This document shows positions 56,807-64,000 of a DNA stretch of 64,000 nt, piece after piece. The notes below the pieces were generated by a model. That model was not told where the DNA came from. It was given only the letters and a program-made list of their open reading frames with translations, and made no database searches. Each line of letters starts with the position of its first letter. Position 1 is the first letter of the stretch. Source of the stretch: a virus; IMG/VR virus record IMGVR_UViG_3300026493_000016, positions 64,001 through 128,000 of that record. One strand, 5' to 3'. Position numbers and translations under genes: made by a program.

Positions 56807-56976
56807 AGTTTAGTTAACAATCCTGCTAGTTCTTCTTTCATTTTTGCAACATCTTCCAAGTCTTGTTTTAACTTAATAGAGTTACGTAAATCTTGGCTCT
56901 GTTGTTCCATTTGTCTCTCCATATCAGGGGTTGGTACAAAGACCAACGCCCCAGATGAAGCTCTATATTCTGCCAT
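56788..56976 (-). CDS. small conserved tail-module protein
   Basis: SGALVFVPT plus coiled coil; last gene before helicase. Confidence 0.7.
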   Translation of the reverse strand: MAEYRASSGALVFVPTPDMERQMEQQSQDLRNSIKLKQDLEDVAKMKEELAGLLTKLKEPTT

Positions 56977-56986
56977 GCTATTCCTC

Positions 56987-59900
56987 CTATGCTCTTATAC
57001 GTTGTGTTACTGCTGCTGTGAACTTCTTAACACGAGGTCTAACAAGTCTGTTTGTAGAAGATAATAACAGTCTATACTTGACTTGCGTAAACTGTCTGTT
57101 TTGATTTGCCGCGTTAGCTTTTAAATCGTCAAGTTTGACCTGATAGTTGTATCGCATAAATTCTTGGTTGTCTACTACACTGGTTTTAATTGAGTGAGTT
57201 GTACTGCCCTCCAATGATAACCATCTGTTATCTCCATCTAACATAACTTCTGCCTTTACATCAGAACCAGCAGGTAATGCAGCACTGTACTCTAATGTTA
57301 ACGTATCGAAAGGTGCATCATCTTGGAATGTTGCTAGCGTTGTGTAAGTTGCACTTTCTTTACTTACGAAGTTGACGAACAATAAATCGTCCAGAGCTAA
57401 CATTGGAGAGATGTATCTATTAGGCTTAAACCTAGCTCGTAGTTTTACTTGAGATACAACAAAAGGTGTTGGAACACTCGCGTAGTTCGCTAAAGGTAAC
57501 CACTCACCAGAATTCACGTTACCTCCGTTATTGTCTCTGTTTAATATTTTAACTTCCCACGTACATCCTGTGTTCTCAGGTGTTAAGTAAGACGCCATTA
57601 GTAGTAATCCATTAGAATCTACATCACGCATAACATCGAACTCTACAATAGTGTCGTTAACAGTATCGAACTCAGCTGTATATATTTTAAATTTCATATC
57701 AGTGGATTGATGAACTGACCAAGATACCGCGTTAGAAGAACTAAATAGCACACCGTTTACATAAGGTTGCGATGTTACTACTGAACCATCTACTTTGTTA
57801 TTCTCACCCATTGTCGCTGTCCACATATTGTAACTAGGACTATCAGTAATGAAGACTACGCAATAGTTAACTCCTGCCTCTACCATAAGTGGGTCATCTA
57901 AAGCAATCTTTGTTTCTACTAAACCAGTGTCAGACACGTTAATCTGGTTTGGTTTAAGAACTCTCTCAGAGTACACTGTTCTGTTAGGTAGACCACCATC
58001 ACTGATTCCTCGTACTTGCATTGTAATCGGTAGTTTAGGGTCTTTCGTTGCAAAGTAAACACCGATGGAAGATACTACACGTGCTTGCGGGAATACAAAG
58101 GATTGTGCTAATGGGTCATAAAGCTGGAATGTAACGTGTGTGCGAGTTATAGTATCTGTAGTGATTTTACTTGTCCCTTGAGCTGAGAATGTTGTGATAG
58201 CTCTACCATCACCATTCGGTTTAGAAGGGTCTCCAGCTCTGTTAGTAATTACTACTTCACGTGTACCTGTTCTAATATTTTGTGGAATCTTAAACGTACC
58301 TCGGATAACCCCTTCACCATCTGATTTAGCAACACCTACTTGACCTTGAACCTCATGACCTGTAGCTGGTGTAACAGATGTACGGACACCATCAAACTCG
58401 ATATAATACCCAGACGTTAATGGTGCAAATCCATCAGCGCGGAAAGTAACATCGATAGAACGCATATACTCAATCATTTCGCTACGAGTGGTCTGTGCTG
58501 AGCTCCACATCTCACCTTCTGCTTTATCTGTTTTACTCCAACCAAGTGATGCCTCGTTCCACTGTGCACCACCTAGTAAGTTTGTATTGTCTACTAACCA
58601 CTGATTGTAGTCATTCAGTTCCCCCCAGTTAGCTTCACCTACGTGAGCCCACCAACGGTTAATATTAGTAGTTGTAAATTCTTCGTTGTATAAGGTAACT
58701 CTAGACTCATCAATCCAGTTGTCGGAAGATGGTGTAAGTTGTAATGTACCGTTAGCTTGGAATACTTGGTACGGGTTTACGTTCATAGGACTAGTCGCAA
58801 TATTCTGTACAATCTCGGCGGTCTCTTTAAATGGAGCAGTTACAATTCTACCGTTAGCACCCCACTTAGTAGCATGGGACTCATTATCTAAGAATGAAGG
58901 TCGTTTCTTTTTATCATCTGGAGTATCAGTTGGTATTGTAATGTGTGCATCATCGAAACTGAACGATACGTTTGTTTGTGCTTTATCCATGCGAGAGAAA
59001 TCGGTGAATGGGTCTACAAACAGTCCGCGTAATCGTAAAGGTTCTTGCCCTTTTTGTGCGACACGCTCAAGAGCTAACACTGCTTGATTGGCTTCTACTT
59101 GTTCTAATCTAGATTTCATAACCTGTAAATCTTCAAATCTAAGTCTCGTTACAGCAGTGTTTTTAACTACCGCCTTCTCGCTATTAGGGTAAATGTGAAT
59201 ATTACCTAGTTTAAGAGAGAATGGGTCAACGTTACGCGTGATAGTTGCTCTACCTTCTTCATCTGGCTCTCCAGAATGTAAGTAAATTTTACCATCCGCA
59301 CCTAACATAACGATATCTTCTCGAGCTAAAGCATAATCAAAGGTAACTTGTGCCACAGAACCGTCTGCGGGCTGAGAAGCTTGTTTAAATGTTATTTTAG
59401 TTGTGCTCCCTACTCCGTTAGCGTTATCTACAGTAGATACTGTATAGTCTGTAGTATCTATAAATAATCTAGAATAATCGAATGTCGCTTTATATCCGGT
59501 ACCGTCCTTAGGTCTAACAGAACCTGCGGATGTTTGCCACTCAATAAATGTAGAGCTACCATCAACTACAAAACGATAATCTGTAAAAGGTTTAAATACG
59601 TGACCTGTTTGTGTATCTAGCGTACCAATAACTATAGAACCTTCTGTACTAGGATTCATGAACTTACTATCTATAGTATCTCTATTGCTTGCAGCGTTAC
59701 GGTTAATAGCTAAATCTACTTGTCTTTGTTTACCTGATACTCTGTTTACTTTCTGTACGAAGGAACTAGCTACTGTAATAGGTACTCCTGTTCTGTACGT
59801 ATACTCGGAGTTTACTACTGTAGACACGCTCTTCTCTTTAGGTACTTGTAATAATGTTGTGGATGGTTTTTCTACACGCCACCCATTAACGTGAGCGATA

Positions 59901-60595
59901 CCTTTATCAACTGCTACAGTGATATAGTTACGAGCATCATTTTTAGGTTCTTCTTTTAGGTACATGTTGAAACCAGTAATCTGATATGAGCCTAATGTCT
60001 CGCTATCAAATGTAGCTAGTGCTTTGTTAATTAAATCCGACTCAGGTGTTACTGATTTTGTAAATAACTGACCATCGTCAAATACGTAAATAGTAGTTGC
60101 CTCGGTATCGTTATACGTTAGAACTACTTTTTCTTCTAATCTATCTGCACCTTCAGACGCGTAGTTAGCGACGTCTTGTGTTAAGTCTAACAGACTCTGG
60201 TCCATAGAAGATGTAATAATACGAGATACTAGCTTAACTCCAATCTCCTCATGACCTTTACCTGTGAACTTATCTGTTTCTTGCATCTCAAAAGGTCTAA
60301 TTTTACCTGATAAGTAAAGTCTACCACTACGTACTCGTAACCCTTTAATAGGAGCTGTTTGGTCCGCTGGGTCTGAACCTGTTCGTAAGAATTGGAAGTT
60401 CATGTCATCTTGAATGTTACCGTCTTTAAAGATACTATCACCTAGTGCACCTAAGTAGTGACTCTGTATAGACTGTAGTTCGTTTAGTTCAGATTGCTGT
60501 AAAGCTCTATCCCCTTGGAACAGGACCTGAGTCCTGTTCTGTGTGGGATTAAATCTATCGTAATAAGGTTTATCTTTAAAAATCTCTTGAGCCAT
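56987..60595 (-). CDS. baseplate/adsorption-associated tail protein (DUF4815-like)
   Basis: PYYDRF...VLF...LQQSELNELQS, GADR, FVDPF, DPLAQSF, DMKFKIYTAEF. Confidence 0.85.
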   Translation of the reverse strand: MAQEIFKDKPYYDRFNPTQNRTQVLFQGDRALQQSELNELQSIQSHYLGALGDSIFKDGNIQDDMNFQFLRTGSDPADQTAPIKGLRVRSGRLYLSGKIRPFEMQETDKFTGKGHEEIGVKLVSRIITSSMDQSLLDLTQDVANYASEGADRLEEKVVLTYNDTEATTIYVFDDGQLFTKSVTPESDLINKALATFDSETLGSYQITGFNMYLKEEPKNDARNYITVAVDKGIAHVNGWRVEKPSTTLLQVPKEKSVSTVVNSEYTYRTGVPITVASSFVQKVNRVSGKQRQVDLAINRNAASNRDTIDSKFMNPSTEGSIVIGTLDTQTGHVFKPFTDYRFVVDGSSTFIEWQTSAGSVRPKDGTGYKATFDYSRLFIDTTDYTVSTVDNANGVGSTTKITFKQASQPADGSVAQVTFDYALAREDIVMLGADGKIYLHSGEPDEEGRATITRNVDPFSLKLGNIHIYPNSEKAVVKNTAVTRLRFEDLQVMKSRLEQVEANQAVLALERVAQKGQEPLRLRGLFVDPFTDFSRMDKAQTNVSFSFDDAHITIPTDTPDDKKKRPSFLDNESHATKWGANGRIVTAPFKETAEIVQNIATSPMNVNPYQVFQANGTLQLTPSSDNWIDESRVTLYNEEFTTTNINRWWAHVGEANWGELNDYNQWLVDNTNLLGGAQWNEASLGWSKTDKAEGEMWSSAQTTRSEMIEYMRSIDVTFRADGFAPLTSGYYIEFDGVRTSVTPATGHEVQGQVGVAKSDGEGVIRGTFKIPQNIRTGTREVVITNRAGDPSKPNGDGRAITTFSAQGTSKITTDTITRTHVTFQLYDPLAQSFVFPQARVVSSIGVYFATKDPKLPITMQVRGISDGGLPNRTVYSERVLKPNQINVSDTGLVETKIALDDPLMVEAGVNYCVVFITDSPSYNMWTATMGENNKVDGSVVTSQPYVNGVLFSSSNAVSWSVHQSTDMKFKIYTAEFDTVNDTIVEFDVMRDVDSNGLLLMASYLTPENTGCTWEVKILNRDNNGGNVNSGEWLPLANYASVPTPFVVSQVKLRARFKPNRYISPMLALDDLLFVNFVSKESATYTTLATFQDDAPFDTLTLEYSAALPAGSDVKAEVMLDGDNRWLSLEGSTTHSIKTSVVDNQEFMRYNYQVKLDDLKANAANQNRQFTQVKYRLLLSSTNRLVRPRVKKFTAAVTQRIRA

Positions 60596-60607
60596 AAAGT
60601 AAGTCTC

Positions 60608-63600
60608 CTATTCTTTAGTTATTTTTATCATTGATTCGTGAACAATGTCTAGTTCATCGATGCGCTGCTGGATGTTATCTCCTTCAATATAGGGGATGTC
60701 TCCTTGTTTGTCATGAAGTATCGCGTTGCGGAAGTCGAACGATTTACCTTCTGAACCTGAGAATGGGAACACGATTCTGCTCATGATGTTAGTGCAGTTT
60801 TTAGGAACGTTAGCCTTAATGCTGTACGTTTTCCATTCTGGAGTTAAGGTAACAGTCTGGATAGCCTCCTCATGTCGGTTAGTAAAGAAGAAATGCTTAA
60901 GCATAACTTGTGTTCCTGTGTCTGCTCTTAAGTCTACACTAAATGTTACTTCTGTACCTTCTTTGATGTCCTTGTTACCATCGGTGTATCCTCCAAACTG
61001 AATGAAGGCATCTAGTGTATTTAAGCACCTAACATTCGCGTATCCTTCGTGCTGAGTGTACGCTGCGCGTGTAACCCGCATGAATCTATCAATGTTTAGT
61101 ATTGTGAATACTTCGCCTTGACCATATGGTACTTCTTTAGCTGCACTACCTCTTAATATACGGTTAGGAGTGTAAGATGGATAGTATTCTGCGATTCTAG
61201 TAGTACCTGATGGTTCATTAAAGTCACCTGCGTTCATTGTATCTTCATACGTTAATCCAGCTCTTGCAAATGTTGGAGTTTCTCGAAGATATATACCGCC
61301 GAATCCTTTGTTATCTAACATACCACCTTTTATTGTAGCTGCTAGGTAAATATGGTCTGCACCTTCTTCTCGTATCTTATCGAGCGGAACCATGTACCAT
61401 TCTTTACCTGCAAATGTTAGTTTAGGTAGTGGTCGAGGATTAGAAGGTAATGCTTCAGCTACAGGGATAATTTTCTCTAATCTCTTATAACCCATTATAC
61501 CATTGTTGATTAATGCGAAATATGTGCGGTCCTTATTATTCACCATACTTCTCATGAACTGAGCTATGTCATAGATGTTTACATTCTCACCTCTATCTTC
61601 TGGTGCATATCTCCAAGCAGCTTTATTATCTGCCCCTAGATAGATAGACGGTCTAGAAACACGTACGTAGTCACCAAAAGATTGTATGTGTATTCCACCA
61701 AATATTCTATCGTAAACATCAGGTGTTAATGTTTGTGTTGTATATATTCTCTCTTTAACGTTCATTCCTGTTGTTACACGTAACCAAGAACCTTGATATG
61801 ATATGGGTCCGTTACCTTTTGCATAATTAATTTCCGTTCCCATTCTATTTCTATTTTGACCTAATTCCGTAGCAACACCTTTAACTATCTCAACATCGAC
61901 CGCAATAGTTACGGGTTGTCCCATGAACTCTTTAAGTGCGTCGGATACTGTATAATCTTTACCTTGATTACCTACTACAGGTGCGAATAAATACTCTTCG
62001 GGTGCTTGTTCATATGGTCTGTTTAGTTCTCCTGTTGTTGGTTTTTTAATCAACATGTAATTGGCAAACTCAAACGTGTTACCAGCGTTAAGGTCGGCTA
62101 CTTCAAATCTCGCATATTGGTCATTACCTAAAGATGAGGCAGTTACCGTAAACTCAGTGAATACCCTTGTCCATTGGTTTGTGGCTCTACCGACTGTTGC
62201 TCCATTACCTATAGCAGTGTTCCAGTAGGCGTAAACTACTTTACTGTCCGTGGAAGATAACTGAGGTATTCTAACATCTGCGCTTAGTACCACTTTGTCT
62301 CCGACTTTAATAATGTCTCTATCTTTTAGTGTCCACATTTTGTATCTCATGGAGCCCCAGTTTGCGGACGTAGCGTAGACGTCACCACCATTATACTTCT
62401 GTCCTGTAGGTATACACGAATTATTTCTCCACACGTTCACTCCTTTATCTACTTCCGCAGCACCGTACGCTGTACCCCAGTCTTTTGTCCATAATAACAG
62501 GTTTCGACTTTGACCTAATGGGATAGTCTTAGGGTCTGGTTGAGATAGTCCTGCAAGTAGTTTGGCGTACTTTAGGTCCAAACTAACATTACCGGAATAA
62601 CCTTCACGCAACCTACTTCTAATGTAGATACTTACGTAACCGTCTTTACTAACGTACGTATCCCTGCTGTTTAATGGAATTACGAATGTATGCGTTTGTG
62701 TTTCGAAAGTTGCTGGGAATGTTGTTTCTGGAAATGTCTTTGTACCAACCCACGCGTTATTTGCGTAACTAAATATAGATATTTCACAACCGTTCCCGTC
62801 TCTTCCGTGTTGACCTCTAGCGACAATTGTATAACCTAAGTCTGATAAGAGGTTTTTAGATATTTGAATTTTACCATCTTCATCTTCAACACCACGGAAT
62901 ACGTGTGAGCCTATACCCTTCTCTACAACATCCGGTAGATAAAAACTAACCATAATCTGTGCTGGTCCCCATCTCTGTTCCTCAGCGACTTTGCTTGCCT
63001 CTGTTGTGATATACTTATCGTCATTCTCTAGAAGCTTATCGTAATCATCAGAAGGTATTGGTACCCAGTCAGTACTTGTAGGTACAGGTCTTATTCTCGG
63101 TTCTGTACTCGTAAATACTGTTGTACCTCTCTTAAACTCTACTTTTGTTTCGAACTTATCAACTGCAAGTCTAGTATAAGTGTTTACATCTTTGTTTGGT
63201 GTACCAGAAATACCAATGTACACATAACCATCATCACAAATGAACGATGCAATATCTTCTGGAACTATTGTGAAGATATTATCGTCATCTACTGATGTAC
63301 CTAGAACTACCTTGTTATCTACGTTGTCCCATTCATGCTTAAGTGCGTCCCATCGTCTTACAGTAAACCATGTTGGTTCCCCTGCTTTCCCTGTTGCACT
63401 GATTTTTAAATCTACTCGAACGTTTCTAATTAAGTTCTGTATAAAGTCTTGTTTCTCTTTAACGGTTTGCTTATTTGCGAAGAAGTTATCACCATATCTA
63501 TCTTCAAAAACTTTAAAAATATCGTACTGATATACTTGTGTAGGTACTGCATTAACTATTCTTACTGAGTCTGCGTTTAAGTATTGCCCATCTTCTTTGT

Positions 63601-64000
63601 TTATCTTGTCTAGTTCTGTCTTTGGCTGTGATACAAGTGCATTACTTACTGTTCTATCTCCTCTAACTATCTTTAAGTTAGTAATTTTAATCGTACCCTT
63701 CAGTTTATCGAATCTGAAGTTAGCGGATGTGTATGGTACCACTTCTCGTACTGCGAGTCTGGAGGATATATGATAGCCTTTAAAGTTACCTGCACTACTC
63801 TTAATATCCTGTGAAGCTAGTAGTCTCCAAGGATTAGAACCTTGGATGGATATACGACCATCTATAACTTCATTAGGGTCATCAGGAGTGAACTCCCACG
63901 CAAAGTATATTGTATAATAGTTGTCATCCAAATTTACAGAGGTACCTGCATTAAACGAGCCACCGAAAAGACCTTCATTTGTTGCACCTGTTCCTTTAAA
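60608..64000 (-). CDS. large tail/baseplate protein with carbohydrate-binding-like modules (5' partial)
   Basis: frame stays open to window edge (FKGTGATNEG...); CBM-like units starting RNLLLWT and NRILRGS, VTFSVDLR..TLTPEWKTYS. Confidence 0.8.
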   Translation of the reverse strand, partial: FKGTGATNEGLFGGSFNAGTSVNLDDNYYTIYFAWEFTPDDPNEVIDGRISIQGSNPWRLLASQDIKSSAGNFKGYHISSRLAVREVVPYTSANFRFDKLKGTIKITNLKIVRGDRTVSNALVSQPKTELDKINKEDGQYLNADSVRIVNAVPTQVYQYDIFKVFEDRYGDNFFANKQTVKEKQDFIQNLIRNVRVDLKISATGKAGEPTWFTVRRWDALKHEWDNVDNKVVLGTSVDDDNIFTIVPEDIASFICDDGYVYIGISGTPNKDVNTYTRLAVDKFETKVEFKRGTTVFTSTEPRIRPVPTSTDWVPIPSDDYDKLLENDDKYITTEASKVAEEQRWGPAQIMVSFYLPDVVEKGIGSHVFRGVEDEDGKIQISKNLLSDLGYTIVARGQHGRDGNGCEISIFSYANNAWVGTKTFPETTFPATFETQTHTFVIPLNSRDTYVSKDGYVSIYIRSRLREGYSGNVSLDLKYAKLLAGLSQPDPKTIPLGQSRNLLLWTKDWGTAYGAAEVDKGVNVWRNNSCIPTGQKYNGGDVYATSANWGSMRYKMWTLKDRDIIKVGDKVVLSADVRIPQLSSTDSKVVYAYWNTAIGNGATVGRATNQWTRVFTEFTVTASSLGNDQYARFEVADLNAGNTFEFANYMLIKKPTTGELNRPYEQAPEEYLFAPVVGNQGKDYTVSDALKEFMGQPVTIAVDVEIVKGVATELGQNRNRMGTEINYAKGNGPISYQGSWLRVTTGMNVKERIYTTQTLTPDVYDRIFGGIHIQSFGDYVRVSRPSIYLGADNKAAWRYAPEDRGENVNIYDIAQFMRSMVNNKDRTYFALINNGIMGYKRLEKIIPVAEALPSNPRPLPKLTFAGKEWYMVPLDKIREEGADHIYLAATIKGGMLDNKGFGGIYLRETPTFARAGLTYEDTMNAGDFNEPSGTTRIAEYYPSYTPNRILRGSAAKEVPYGQGEVFTILNIDRFMRVTRAAYTQHEGYANVRCLNTLDAFIQFGGYTDGNKDIKEGTEVTFSVDLRADTGTQVMLKHFFFTNRHEEAIQTVTLTPEWKTYSIKANVPKNCTNIMSRIVFPFSGSEGKSFDFRNAILHDKQGDIPYIEGDNIQQRIDELDIVHESMIKITKE

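Noticed and set aside
1-64000. tRNA genes, CRISPR arrays, IS elements, DGR template/variable repeats
   Set aside because: Intergenic gaps are short and explained by promoters/terminators; no cloverleaf, regularly spaced repeats, transposase or RT motif noticed by eye (tRNAscan and a self dot-plot would be definitive)

Overview
64 kb segment of a large lytic Bacillus myophage (Herelleviridae, most likely Bastillevirinae-like; inferred from gene content and order, no database search run). Essentially all real genes are on the minus strand; the plus-strand ORFs in the track are antisense shadows. Read in transcription order (right to left): the end of the tail/baseplate module (two large tail proteins); the conserved replication module (SF2 helicase, an inserted wHTH Rep-like gene, Rep protein, DnaB-like helicase, SbcD/SbcC nucleases, gp67-like anti-sigma factor, primase, dUTPase, resolvase, class I RNR alpha/beta with flavodoxin and thioredoxin, HU/IHF, family A DNA polymerase, UvsY-like protein, SSB, RecA/UvsX, phage sigma factor); holin; metallophosphoesterase; PD-(D/E)xK nuclease; MazG; about 70 small accessory ORFs; and a sporulation-type (SigF/SigG/SigB-like) sigma gene split by a 1-nt frameshift in an A7 run. 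About 18 sigma-A-type promoters with exact 17-bp spacers were read directly; several are physically interlocked with intrinsic terminators. No tRNA, rRNA, CRISPR array, intron, intein or IS element was seen. Best candidates for something new: (i) three tandem microproteins resembling the UVR/ClpC middle-domain coiled coil; (ii) the frameshifted sporulation-type sigma; (iii) a T4 gene 32-like structured leader on ssb; (iv) promoter-inside-terminator insulators; (v) a plasmid-type wHTH initiator inserted next to the core Rep gene; (vi) many tandem paralog pairs. All protein family calls are from motif recognition by eye.
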